The notes: generated from the sequence alone by a model not told the origin. Counted from the first letter of the stretch, positions 1 to 9,333 are shown. The stretch is 64,000 nucleotides of DNA from an uncultured Acidobacteriota bacterium (GCA_963805975.1 CAWDVR010000002.1:640001-704000); one strand, 5' to 3'. Numbers and translations are program-made.

Positions 1-835
1 AGGACAGGCTGCGCTCCACCTTCAGGAAATCGTTGCTCGACATGCGGCCGGCCTCTTTGCCCGCCACGTAGACGATCGCCGTCGGCACCCCCTTGACGCC
101 CAGCCGCACCACCTCGGCGTCCTGCCAGGCGGCCGGCGGACGGGGCAGGCCGTAGTAGTCGAAGGTGACCTTGGAGCCCACCAGGCCTTCCTCGACCTTC
201 AGGATGTGGGGCAGCATCTGCCGGCAGTGCCCGCACCAGGAGCCGAAGAAGACCCGGACCTTGACGTCCCGGAGCTGGCCGCGGAGGCGGTTGAGGAGCT
301 GCGGGTCCGGCTGGTAGGTCGCGGCGCCGCGCCCGTACTCCGGCGTGTGGGCGAGGAGATCGACGCGCGGGTGCGAGCCGGTGAGCGGGGGCGATGCCTT
401 GAGGCTCGCGGCCTTGCCGGCCATGTTGAAGGAGATCTCGGTGTAGTCCTTGTTCACCGCCGCGGTGCCCAGGGGCTCGAGCGTCGCGTCCGCCAGGAGG
501 TCCACCGAGCCGTTCGCCTGCTTGGCGACCTTCATCAGGTCCACGGTCTCGACCGAGAGGGAGCGCTTGCCGACCAGCACCGGCGAGGCGAAGGACGAGG
601 TGACGATCAGGTAGGCGCCGGCCACCGGGGAGTCGTAGACCTCCGCCTTCGGCACCTCTTTGCCGGCCACCCACAGGCGGTACTCACTGGTGGGCTCGAA
701 ACCGCGGAGCACGGCGTCCGACTGGGCAAGGAGGGAAACGGCGGCGCCGAGCGCGAGGAGCAGGGCGGAGGCGATCGCGAGCCGGCGGAGGCGCCGGCTC
801 GAGGCCGCGTTGCGAGGGCGGAGCATCATCATCAT
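1..835 (-). CDS. Secreted thioredoxin-family protein (3' end runs off the window)
   Basis: Manual translation (absent from the ORF track because it is truncated): MMMMLRPRN..., hydrophobic signal segment, VFFGSWCGHC redox motif, cis-Pro motif KGVPT. AGGAG RBS upstream. Confidence 0.8.
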   Translation of the reverse strand, partial: MMMMLRPRNAASSRRLRRLAIASALLLALGAAVSLLAQSDAVLRGFEPTSEYRLWVAGKEVPKAEVYDSPVAGAYLIVTSSFASPVLVGKRSLSVETVDLMKVAKQANGSVDLLADATLEPLGTAAVNKDYTEISFNMAGKAASLKASPPLTGSHPRVDLLAHTPEYGRGAATYQPDPQLLNRLRGQLRDVKVRVFFGSWCGHCRQMLPHILKVEEGLVGSKVTFDYYGLPRPPAAWQDAEVVRLGVKGVPTAIVYVAGKEAGRMSSNDFLKVERSLS

Positions 836-865
836 GAGGTACGTCTCCTGAAATCCAGACTCGAG

Positions 866-1873
866 TCAACCGGCCAGCTCGCTCGCAGGCGGCAGGCCGG
901 GGTACGTTCGGATCACGATGCCGTCCTGCACCACGAAGCTGCGCGGCATCCGCCGGTACAGCGGGCGCAGCAGCGCCAACGGCGCCTCGCGCACTTCGAA
1001 GGCCGGCGCAGAGCTCCAATCGAACTTGCGGCGCTCCTCCTCCGGCGATGCGGTCAGCAGCCACAACGTCGGCCGGCCGCCGGAGCGCACGTGGACGTTC
1101 CACGCCTCCACTGCCTGGCCGACCGACGGGTCGGTGAGATCGGCGATCACCACCAGGTGCTCACCCTCCGCCAGCTCGCCGATCACCAACTGCCCCAGGC
1201 AGATCCGCTCCGTCCCGCGGCCGGTGCACAGGTCCGCTGCCCGCGCGCCGGGATGCAAGCGGGTCGCCAGGTCGTCGAGCGGCAACGCGGGCGCCCGAAT
1301 CGCGAGCACCACGCTCGCCGCCACGCCCAGGACGACCACGCCGAGCCGCCAGCCGATGGCGCGCGAGCCCAGGCGGGGAGGCGCCAGGAAAGCGAGCAGC
1401 AGCGGCGGCACGAGGAGCAGCAGGTCCTGCCAGAAGGCCTGGGCGGGGGTGCGCTCGACGAGGTTGCCGAAGCAGCCGCAGGAGGCCGCTTCCGGGCGCA
1501 GGCCGTGCGCGTCGAGGTACCAGGCGCGGCCGTTCAGCACCAGGAACGCCGCCACCAGGAGAGCGGCCGGGATCAGCACCCAGGGCCGGCGCAGACCCAG
1601 GATCAAGGCCAAGCCCAGGCCCACTTCGATGGCGATCACCAGCCAGGCCACGGCCTTGGCGGAGAGCAGGAAGTCGAGCCCTTCGGTGGTGATCAATTCG
1701 GCGAAGGACAGGGGGTCGATCGTCTTCGCCCAGGCGGCGACCAGGAGCACGGCACCCAGGACCGCGCCGCCAGCGTAACCCACCGCCCGGCGCCATAACG
1801 GCGAGCCAAGCGGCGAAAGCGGCATGCTCAGGCTCCGGTCGGCACTGTGGTCGGCGGCCACCATGGTGGCCAT
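866..1873 (-). CDS. MauE/DoxX-family redox-associated membrane protein
   Basis: Several TM helices, AAWAK and SCGCFG motifs typical of MauE. Start may be at 1825. Confidence 0.75.
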   Translation of the reverse strand: MATMVAADHSADRSLSMPLSPLGSPLWRRAVGYAGGAVLGAVLLVAAWAKTIDPLSFAELITTEGLDFLLSAKAVAWLVIAIEVGLGLALILGLRRPWVLIPAALLVAAFLVLNGRAWYLDAHGLRPEAASCGCFGNLVERTPAQAFWQDLLLLVPPLLLAFLAPPRLGSRAIGWRLGVVVLGVAASVVLAIRAPALPLDDLATRLHPGARAADLCTGRGTERICLGQLVIGELAEGEHLVVIADLTDPSVGQAVEAWNVHVRSGGRPTLWLLTASPEEERRKFDWSSAPAFEVREAPLALLRPLYRRMPRSFVVQDGIVIRTYPGLPPASELAG

Positions 1874-1888
1874 CCTAGCAGGAGCCCC

Positions 1889-2941
1889 TCACCCCCGACG
1901 CGCCACGTAGCTCCCCGCCATCAGATCGTGGAGCGCCCGCTTCTGCGGCCCGAAGAGGGCCACCAGGAAGCCGGCGCCGAGCGGGATGGCGCTCACCAGG
2001 TAGCCCAGCCAGCGCACGATCGCCCGGCCCAGGGGCAGGCCCACGGTGCCGGAGACGTCGCACACCACCAGGCCGAGGAGCTTCTTGCCCGGCGTGGTGC
2101 CGAAGCGCGACCAGCCGATGATCGACAGCAGGGCCGAGCCGGCGAAACCGAGGAGGCCGGCGACCAGCGAGGCGCTGGGGTTCTCGAGCCCGCCCAGCGC
2201 GAAGAAGGCGGCGACCTCGACCACGGCGAGCAGCAGGCCGTCGACGAGCAGCGCGGCGAAGCGGCGCAGAAAGCCCGCCGGCGCAAGCGTCTGTGCCACG
2301 GCCCGCCGCGCGCCGCGCGCTGCCGGCACGGCGGCCTCCTGCGCCGCGAGCTGGCGCTCGATGTCGTCGATCGAGGGCAGCAGCTCGGCGGTCGAAGGCC
2401 GCTCGGGGGCCGGTGTGGCCGGAACCTTCGGGTAGGCAGGCGGCGCTGGAGCCGGCGGGGGCGGCGGCACCGCGACCGGGCGCGGCCGGATCGCCGGCCC
2501 GTGGTCGGTCTTCTCCCAGGCCGCCGGCGCCTGGGCCAGCACCTCCCCTACCGCCATCACGTCGCCCACCGCGATCGCCTCCGAGGAGGTGGGCCGCGGC
2601 ACGAGGCGCGTCGAGAGGTCCGAGGCGGGAGCGGGGCTGGCAGGGACCGCGACGGGTTGGCGGCGGAAGACCAGCTCGCTCTCGCCGATCGCCACCACGT
2701 CGCCGGGGGCGAGCTCCACCTCGGTGCCGAGCCGCGCCCCGTTCAGGAAGGTGCCGTTGCTCGACTCGAGATCCTTCACCGTCACCCGGTCGCCGTCGCG
2801 CGACAACAACGCGTGGTTGCGGGAGACGGCCAGGTCGTCGAGGCGCACGCCGCAGGTACGGCTGCGCCCGATGGTGGTCGAGCCCGGCGCAATGTCGAGG
2901 CGCTGACCGTTCAGCTCGAGGAAGATCGTGGCAGAGCTCAA
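1889..2941 (-). CDS. FHA domain + RDD family membrane protein
   Basis: FHA motifs IGRS, VSRNHA, DLESSNGTFLNG; Pro-rich linker; RDD motifs RRFAALLVD, TPGKKLLG, HDLMAGS. TTG start at 2941 inferred. Confidence 0.8.
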   Translation of the reverse strand: MSSATIFLELNGQRLDIAPGSTTIGRSRTCGVRLDDLAVSRNHALLSRDGDRVTVKDLESSNGTFLNGARLGTEVELAPGDVVAIGESELVFRRQPVAVPASPAPASDLSTRLVPRPTSSEAIAVGDVMAVGEVLAQAPAAWEKTDHGPAIRPRPVAVPPPPPAPAPPAYPKVPATPAPERPSTAELLPSIDDIERQLAAQEAAVPAARGARRAVAQTLAPAGFLRRFAALLVDGLLLAVVEVAAFFALGGLENPSASLVAGLLGFAGSALLSIIGWSRFGTTPGKKLLGLVVCDVSGTVGLPLGRAIVRWLGYLVSAIPLGAGFLVALFGPQKRALHDLMAGSYVARRG

Positions 2942-2957
2942 GGTCGCTCCATCCTCA

Positions 2958-5834
2958 TCAGGGAATCTCCAAGCTTTGCGCAAGCATACCATCGGCCCCG
3001 GTGGCCCCCGCCCCCTCTTCGGCCCGCGCCGGCAGCCACTTGAGGAAGGCGCGCAGCTCGTCGGCCGTGGGGCTCTCGGCGCGCTCCAGGAAGGTGCCCA
3101 GCGAGCCGCAGTGCAGCAGGCTCCCGCCGTGCTCGCCGCCGCCCGGCCCGAGGTCGATCACCCAGTCGGCGCGCGCCACGAGGTCCAGGCTGTGCTCCAC
3201 CACCACCACCGTGTCGCCGCGCTGCACCAACCGGCGCAGCGTGTGGTAGAGCACGTCGATGTCGGCGAGGTGGAGGCCCGTGGTCGGCTCGTCGAAGAGG
3301 AAGAGCCGCGGCTTCTCGGAGGGCGGGCGGTCGAGGAAGCTCGCGAGCTTCAGGCGCTGCGCCTCGCCGCCCGAGAGCGTGGCCGTGGGCTGACCCAGCC
3401 GCAGGTAGCCGAGGCCCACGTCCGAGAGCAGCTTCAGGCGCCGCGCCAGCCGCTTCTGGGGAGCGAAGATCCCGGTGGCCTCCTCGACCGTCAGGTCCAG
3501 CACCTCGGAGACGTTCCGGCCCTGGTAGCGCACCGCCAGCACCTCGGGCTTGAAGCGGTGCCCCTGGCACGAGTCGCAGACCACGGTCACCGGCGCCATG
3601 AACTGCATGTCCACCTCGACCACCCCCGTGCCCTTGCACACCGGGCAGCGCCCGCGGTCGACGTTGAACGAGAAGTGCGCCGCCGTGATGCGCCGCGCCC
3701 GCGCCGCGACGGTGCCGGCGAAGAGCTTCCGGATCTCGTCGTAGGCCTTGACGTAGGTGATGGGGTTCGAGCGGCTGGAACGGCCCAGCGGCCGCTGGTC
3801 GACGAGGGTGACGTCCGCCAGGTCCGCGAGGCCCGAGAGCTCGTCCACCTCCCCGGGCTCGACGTCCACCACTCCCCGCGCGCGCTGGTAGGTGCCGTAG
3901 AGCACGTTCTCGATCAGCGTCGACTTGCCCGATCCCGACACGCCGGTGACCGCCACCAGGGTGCCGAGCGGCAGCTCGACGTCCAGGTTCTTCAAGTTGT
4001 GGGCCCTGGCGCCGCGGATCCGTACTCGTGGCCGGCCCGCCAGCTCCTCTTCCAAGGTCTCCTTGCCCTGCTCGCGGCGGAAGCGCGCCACGTGCGCGCG
4101 CGCCGGGGTGGGAACACGCTCGCGCAGATAGAGGGCGGTCAGCGACTCCTCGCACTCGAGCACCCGGTCGATCGCCCCCTCGACCATTACCCGGCCGCCG
4201 TGCTCGCCGGCCTTGGGGCCCAGGTCGATCACCCAGTCCGCGCCCTGGATCAGCGTGCGGTCGTGCTCCACCACCAGCACCGTGTTGCCGCGCGCGGCGA
4301 GGTCCGAGAGCAGGGCGAGGAGGCGTTCCGAGTCGCGTGGATGGAGGCCGATGGTGGGCTCGTCGAGCACGTAGAGCGTGCTGGTCAACCCCGAGCCGAG
4401 GGCCGCCGCGAGGTGGATGCGCTGCGCCTCGCCGCCCGAGAGCGTGCGCGCCTGGCGGTCGAGGGTCAAGTAGTCGAGACCCACGCGGGAGAGCACCTCG
4501 ACGCGCTCGGCCAGCTCTGCGAGCAGGTGGCCGGAGAGCTCGCGCTGGCGCGCCGTCCACTGCCGCGCCGCGAGCCAGGCACGGAGATCCTCGACGTTCA
4601 TCGCCGTGAGCTGCGGCAGCGTGCGGCCCTCGAGCTGCACCGCCAGGGCCTCCGGCTTGAGGCGTTTGCCCCGGCAGACCGGGCAGACCTCGTAGGCGCG
4701 GTAGCGCGCCAGCAGCACGCGCACGTGGACCTTGTAGATCCGGCCCTCGAGCCAGGAGAAGAACTTCGCGAGATTGACGAACGGGCCCTCGCCGCTCCAC
4801 ACCCACTCGCGGGCCGCGTCCGGCAGCTCTTCCCAGGGCACGTCGAGCGGCACCTTGCGCCGCCGGGCGGCCTTGTAGAGGCCGTCGTAGAGATCCTCGT
4901 AGGCGGGTGAGTTCCAGACCGCGATCGGCCGCTCGCGCAGGCTCTTCTTCGGATCCGGGACCACCCGCTCGCGGTCGACCCCGATCACCCGGCCGAAGCC
5001 CTGGCACTCGGTGCAGGCGCCGAGCGGCGAGTTGAACGAGAAGAGGGCCGGCACCGGCCGCCGCGCGGTGGCGCCGCAGGTGCCGCAGACCAGATCGGTC
5101 GCGAAGTAGCGCGCGCCGTCCGGCCCCACCGCCTCGACCCGGTTGCCGGTGAGGCGGTAGCCCTCCTCCACCGCGGCGGCGATGCGTCCCGTGCTCTCGG
5201 TCGTGGCGGTGAAACGCCCCAGGGCGAGCGGCAGCGGGTCCAAGGCCTTGCGCCAGAGAGTGCCCGGCTCCATGCGCACCACCTCGTCCCCTTCGAGCCG
5301 GCGCGCCCAGCCCTGGCGGATCAGCTCGGCCAGCGCCTGGTCCGCGTGCTTCTTGGGCCGGGGAACGCGGGCCACCACCGTGAAGCGCTCTCCCGCCTCG
5401 CCGGCCGCCAGCGCGGCCGCCGCCTCCTCCGCCGCGTAGCGCCGCAGCGGGCCGTGACCGTTCGGGCAGTGGACCTCGCCCAGGTGGGTGTAGAGCAGCC
5501 GCAGCACGTCGTGCGTCTCGGTGATGGTGCCCACCGTCGAACGCGCGTTCTTGATCGCGTTCGAGGCCGCGAGCGCCACCGCCGGGAGCACGTTGTGCAC
5601 CGCCTCGACGGGCGGGCGCTCCATCTGGTCGAGGAACTGGCGGGCGTAGGTGGACATCGACTCCACGAAACGCCGCTGCCCCTCGGCATAGATGGTGTCG
5701 AAGGCGAGAGAGGACTTGCCGGCCCCCGACGGCCCGGTCACCACGGTCACCTTGCCGTGCGGCACGCGGCAGTCGATGCCCTTCAGGTTGTGCGTGCGGG
5801 CCTTGACGACCTCGATGGCGGTAGGAGTGCGCAT
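2958..5834 (-). CDS. uvrA: Excinuclease ABC subunit A (UvrA family)
   Basis: Two ABC ATPase halves (GPSGAGKSSLAFDTIYAEGQRR, GVSGSGKST), LSGGEAQR twice, CxxC zinc fingers. Confidence 0.93.
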   Translation of the reverse strand: MRTPTAIEVVKARTHNLKGIDCRVPHGKVTVVTGPSGAGKSSLAFDTIYAEGQRRFVESMSTYARQFLDQMERPPVEAVHNVLPAVALAASNAIKNARSTVGTITETHDVLRLLYTHLGEVHCPNGHGPLRRYAAEEAAAALAAGEAGERFTVVARVPRPKKHADQALAELIRQGWARRLEGDEVVRMEPGTLWRKALDPLPLALGRFTATTESTGRIAAAVEEGYRLTGNRVEAVGPDGARYFATDLVCGTCGATARRPVPALFSFNSPLGACTECQGFGRVIGVDRERVVPDPKKSLRERPIAVWNSPAYEDLYDGLYKAARRRKVPLDVPWEELPDAAREWVWSGEGPFVNLAKFFSWLEGRIYKVHVRVLLARYRAYEVCPVCRGKRLKPEALAVQLEGRTLPQLTAMNVEDLRAWLAARQWTARQRELSGHLLAELAERVEVLSRVGLDYLTLDRQARTLSGGEAQRIHLAAALGSGLTSTLYVLDEPTIGLHPRDSERLLALLSDLAARGNTVLVVEHDRTLIQGADWVIDLGPKAGEHGGRVMVEGAIDRVLECEESLTALYLRERVPTPARAHVARFRREQGKETLEEELAGRPRVRIRGARAHNLKNLDVELPLGTLVAVTGVSGSGKSTLIENVLYGTYQRARGVVDVEPGEVDELSGLADLADVTLVDQRPLGRSSRSNPITYVKAYDEIRKLFAGTVAARARRITAAHFSFNVDRGRCPVCKGTGVVEVDMQFMAPVTVVCDSCQGHRFKPEVLAVRYQGRNVSEVLDLTVEEATGIFAPQKRLARRLKLLSDVGLGYLRLGQPTATLSGGEAQRLKLASFLDRPPSEKPRLFLFDEPTTGLHLADIDVLYHTLRRLVQRGDTVVVVEHSLDLVARADWVIDLGPGGGEHGGSLLHCGSLGTFLERAESPTADELRAFLKWLPARAEEGAGATGADGMLAQSLEIP

Positions 5835-5981
5835 GCGGCGGCTCGCCCGAAGGCAAGCCGGCTATTCTAGCTCGCGGGGTGGCACGGATTGCCGCGTCAG
5901 AGCCTTGACGACACTCTCCCCGTAAGGCAAACTGTCCTACGATCCTGAGCACGACCCGTAGCACGAGCGGGCTCCCTGTCC

Positions 5982-6227
5982 ATGACCACTCTGAGCATCC
6001 GCATCCCCACCGCCCCTAACGAGAGGCTCAGCCGTAAGGCGCGCGCCGCCCGGGTGCCTCGCTCCGTCGTGGTGCGAGACGCCCTGGCGGACTTCGTAGC
6101 GCGCAAGGAGGAGGAGAGATTCATAACGGAGCTCGTCGCCGCGGCCAAGGCGCTGGCCCGGAGCCCTACCGGGTCTCTCGCCCTCGCAGAGGAGTTCCAC
6201 CGCTCGAGAACGAGGCGTTGGACCTGA
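5982..6227 (+). pseudogene. Ribbon-helix-helix (CopG-like) antitoxin, probably frameshifted/truncated at the 3' end
   Basis: MTTLSIRIP...RSVVVRDALADFV RHH pattern. A shifted frame near 6200 reads PLENEALDL and runs directly into a PemK fragment. Confidence 0.6.
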
Positions 6228-6426
6228 CCACCCAGCTTTGGCCCGCGCTGGAGCCGATCCGCGTCAGGATCCCAGCTCGCGGGCGTCTCACACAAGACTG
6301 TCACGAGATGGTCGAGCAGGTGCGGGTCGTAGACCGCCGCCTAGGTGAGGTCCTCTCACTGTGCTGACCGCCGATGAGCTGGCAGCTCTCGGACGTAGCC
6401 TGAAGGCTGTGCTAGGTCTGCGGTAG
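6224..6426 (+). pseudogene. PemK/MazF toxin remnant (no N-terminus, internal frameshift)
   Basis: Manual translation LTTQLWPALEPIRVRIPARGRLTQDCHEMVEQVRVVDRRLGE, then shifted GPLTVLTADELAALGRSLKAVLGLR*. Resembles the C-terminal half of MazF. Confidence 0.7.
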
Positions 6427-6458
6427 TACACTGACTCCGACGCCGCGTCAGGGCACCT

Positions 6459-6959
6459 GTGGAACGAGTAGGCAAGCATCTCGCCGAGGTCGCCACTTCG
6501 AAGAGCAGCGTCGACGAGATCGACCTCTTCGCGCGCAGCGCCTTTAACCGCTTCTACTATGCCGCCTTCCTCGCCACCCGCGAGACACTACGGAAGCTGG
6601 ATGACCGTTGGAGGGAGCCCAACCATAAGGATGTTCCAGCGATTCTGCGAGGCAGAGTAGTCGACCGGGTCACAGAAGAGCTGAAGCGGCAGAGCGATGC
6701 TGGCATTCCACTCCTCCCGGGCCTGCCGCAGCTGACGCACGAGATTCACGCGGCTACCGATGCACTGGCGCAACTCCTTAAGCAAGCGTACAGCGTCCGC
6801 CGGACGGCTGACTACAAGCCGGAGGCTCGAGCGCTGAGGTCTGCGGGGATGATCATGCTTGATCAGGTCAAGCTCTCCCAGGCAGAGCATTGGCCTCGGC
6901 GCGCCAGGGCGTATGCACTGCAAATCGAGAGAGTCTATGGAAAGCTCGCGCTCCTCTAA
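6459..6959 (+). CDS. HEPN-domain protein, putative retron effector RNase
   Basis: RSAFNRFYYAAF N-terminal HEPN motif, NHKDV, and RRTADY (RxxADY-type site). First gene of the RT operon. Confidence 0.8.
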   Translation: MERVGKHLAEVATSKSSVDEIDLFARSAFNRFYYAAFLATRETLRKLDDRWREPNHKDVPAILRGRVVDRVTEELKRQSDAGIPLLPGLPQLTHEIHAATDALAQLLKQAYSVRRTADYKPEARALRSAGMIMLDQVKLSQAEHWPRRARAYALQIERVYGKLALL

Positions 6960-7698
6960 GGTCGAGGGAGTCCGCGAGCTCCTTGCGGCTAGAGGGCTCG
7001 ATTTCGTGAGCCGGATCGAACACAGCAATTCGCCCCCACCCGACCTCGTGCTCTTCGTTCCGGGTAGCCGCGTCAGCGCAGAAGCCGGGAAAGGCAAAAC
7101 GTCTCGGCGCCAACTGGCTGCGCTCGCTCGATCGATCCAGGAAAGCTTCGGCCTTACTGTGGAGTGGCTACTCTTTCAGAGCCCTGAGGACGAGACTCTC
7201 GAGCAGGATCTGAGCGCCCTTCTGGAGCACAGATTCCCAGCTACGGTCGGCCATCTCTCTGTCTCCGGGGCTGGCCTGCCGCAGCCGACCGTCTGGGTCG
7301 AGAGAGTTCCTGGTCGTAAGCCGACGATCGAGCCGGAGCAGATCCGAAAAGTCGTGGCCGAGTTCTTCGAGCTCTACCGACTCGGCTCTCCAGGCGTGGT
7401 GTTCAACGACGAAGCTCCTGAGCCGACCGGTCCGTTGATCCTTAGGGTGATCAAGCAGCATTCCCCCACGGATCCCGAGCTCTTGGAGGAGTGCCTGCGG
7501 GCAAGAGGTTTCTGGGTGCCGAAGCCCGGGGCGCTGGCAGCCAAGCTCGACCTGCTGAGGAAGAAGGGACTAGTCAGCCGGCTCGAGGATGGCTCGTATG
7601 TGCTCACGGAGGAAGCCTTGCAGATCGTCCCGCACGGTCGGTACCGCAGCAGCTCCGACATCGAGCGTGCCCTTGCTCTCGCGAAAAGGAAGTGGTAG
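6937..7698 (+). CDS. Retron-associated protein with C-terminal winged helix-turn-helix
   Basis: ATG at 6937 overlaps the HEPN 3' end. C-terminus LDLLRKKGLVSRLEDGSYVLTEEAL is a wHTH recognition helix plus wing. Confidence 0.7.
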   Translation: MESSRSSKVEGVRELLAARGLDFVSRIEHSNSPPPDLVLFVPGSRVSAEAGKGKTSRRQLAALARSIQESFGLTVEWLLFQSPEDETLEQDLSALLEHRFPATVGHLSVSGAGLPQPTVWVERVPGRKPTIEPEQIRKVVAEFFELYRLGSPGVVFNDEAPEPTGPLILRVIKQHSPTDPELLEECLRARGFWVPKPGALAAKLDLLRKKGLVSRLEDGSYVLTEEALQIVPHGRYRSSSDIERALALAKRKW

Positions 7699-7705
7699 AA
7701 GGACG

Positions 7706-7882
7706 CGAGGAATGACGGTGGAACTCTCGCGCGGGCGTGCATCACGCCCATTAGCGAAGACCGGCGAAAGAAGGTGCCTGCCCAGCGGCAGCCGCTCCTT
7801 CGAACCGCCCGCCGCTGGGCAGGCGATCGCCCTGAAAGCAGATTCAGCTTTGCTCTTCCCGTGAAACCGCCGCCATTCCTCG
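7706..7882 (+). ncRNA. Putative retron msr-msd ncRNA
   Basis: Inverted repeat CGAGGAATGACGGTGG (7706-7721) / CCGCCGCCATTCCTCG (7867-7882): 14 WC pairs, 1 GU, 1 mismatch. Hairpin GGGCGTG-cat-CACGCCC (7733-7749). Perfect 14-bp stem 7776-7789 / 7811-7824. Lies directly upstream of the RT. Confidence 0.75.
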
Positions 7883-8814
7883 TCAGCTTCCCCGACGAAA
7901 CCTCCCTCAGACAGGCTCTCACTGGCGAGTCTCAGTCCTATTGGCCGGAAGTGGAAGCGCTCCTAGAGCAACGTCTTCCGCCAGTCGTCGCCATCAGAAT
8001 CCTCGCCTGCATGTTTGGCTATAGCGCTCGTTTCGTAGGGGCTCTCCAGCGCCGCCCAGAGCGCTACTACCGCACCTTCCTAGTTCACAAAGGTAAGAAG
8101 AAGCGCGAGATCCAAGCACCAAGAGTGGCACTCAAGGTCATTCAGAAGTGGTTCGCTCACCACTTGGCGCAGGCGGTAGAGCTCGACGAGTGCGTGTTCG
8201 GCTTTGTGCCCGGGCGATCTGCCCCGCATGCGGCAGCACGCCATTGTGGAGCGAACTGGGTATACGCGATCGACCTTGCCGACTTCTTTCGATCGACGCC
8301 ACGGGAGCGCGTAGAGGCTGTGTTGCGGGATCTGGGCTACCCCTCTCATGGAGCAGACCTCGCCGCTCGCCTCTGCTGCTACGGCGACTACCTGGCGCAG
8401 GGCTCGCCAGCGAGCCCAGTGCTTTCGAACCTGGTGCTGCGCCCCTTGGATGGGAGCTTGAAGCAGATCGCCATCGACGCTGGCGCCACCTATACACGGT
8501 ACGCAGACGATCTGGTCTTCTCTGGTTCGGGCGACTTCCCAGCGGGCCTCGACGAGAGAGCTCGACAGGCGGTCGCAGAGGACGGCTGGAGGCTCGCCGA
8601 GGGCAAGGAGCATCTGGCGAAGCTTCCGCAGCGCCTCAAAGTGCACGGGCTCTTGGTGCACGGCCCACGCCCGAGGCTGACCAAAGGCTATCGAAATCGC
8701 CTGCGAGCGTTCCGGCATCTCATCGAGCACAATCGCGTCAAGGAAGAAGATCTAGGGCGCTTACAGGGGCACCTTGCGTACGCGGAGTCCGTTGAAGGCT
8801 TCAAGCCCGCGTGA
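7861..8814 (+). CDS. Retron-type reverse transcriptase
   Basis: KKREIQAP, LKVIQKW, GFVPGRS, AAARH (region X NAxxH variant), IDLADFF, LAQGSPASPVLSN, YTRYADDLVFS, LKVHGL (VTG variant). About 317 aa with no maturase/endonuclease domain. GTG 7861 preferred over 7774. Confidence 0.9.
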   Translation: MKPPPFLVSFPDETSLRQALTGESQSYWPEVEALLEQRLPPVVAIRILACMFGYSARFVGALQRRPERYYRTFLVHKGKKKREIQAPRVALKVIQKWFAHHLAQAVELDECVFGFVPGRSAPHAAARHCGANWVYAIDLADFFRSTPRERVEAVLRDLGYPSHGADLAARLCCYGDYLAQGSPASPVLSNLVLRPLDGSLKQIAIDAGATYTRYADDLVFSGSGDFPAGLDERARQAVAEDGWRLAEGKEHLAKLPQRLKVHGLLVHGPRPRLTKGYRNRLRAFRHLIEHNRVKEEDLGRLQGHLAYAESVEGFKPA

Positions 8815-8910
8815 TAGGCGACGACACCCGCACTCGACCCACCAGAAGCTCAAGCCGGCAAGTTAGCGGCACTTCTCCTTGGCCAGGACTTCGCGCTCGA
8901 CTGCACGCGC

Positions 8911-9333
8911 TCACCGAACCCTCGTGTCGCTCCCCCAGTCCTCGACTCGGAGGCCAACGACACGCAGCATGTGCTCGAGATTGGCCGTCACCAGAACCGC
9001 GCCGGTGGCGAGAGCGTGGGCCGCGATGGCGGCATCGAAGTCCTCTATGACCCGGCCCTTCTTCTCCAGCTCCGCCTTGATCGCCCCGAAGCTCTCGCTC
9101 ACCCGGTCGGTCCACTCCGCGCGAGCCAGCTCGGAACGGATCGTCTCGAACCGCTCCTCCAGTGCCTGCCTCCGCTTGGACCGCGGCAACCGCGCCAGCC
9201 CGTACGCGATCTCCGCCAGCACGGGCTGAGGCAGCGCGACATCCGCCCGGCTGACCTGCTTCAGCCGGTCGAGGAATCCGGCCTCGCCCTTCATCAGTGC
9301 CGAGACTGCGTTCGTGTCCAGGAGGTATTTCAT
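8911..9333 (-). CDS. vapC: PIN-domain VapC toxin
   Basis: YLLDTNAVS, AEIAYG, DFDAAIAAHA, LVTAN PIN motifs. Confidence 0.88.
   Translation of the reverse strand: MKYLLDTNAVSALMKGEAGFLDRLKQVSRADVALPQPVLAEIAYGLARLPRSKRRQALEERFETIRSELARAEWTDRVSESFGAIKAELEKKGRVIEDFDAAIAAHALATGAVLVTANLEHMLRVVGLRVEDWGSDTRVR

Noticed and set aside
7743-7760. CACGCCCATTAGCG as the a-arm plus branching G (resembles the TTAG context of some retrons)
   Set aside because: No complementary arm found downstream. It pairs locally with 7733-7739 instead.
7774-7860. Longer RT N-terminus from the ORF track (start 7774)
   Set aside because: It runs through the 14-bp msd-like hairpin and translates to non-RT-like sequence. GTG 7861 is more plausible, though unproven.
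7861-8814. RT as group II intron, DGR or CRISPR-associated RT
   Set aside because: No maturase/endonuclease domain, no intron domain V seen, no TR/VR repeat pair, no cas genes or array. The motifs are retron-like.
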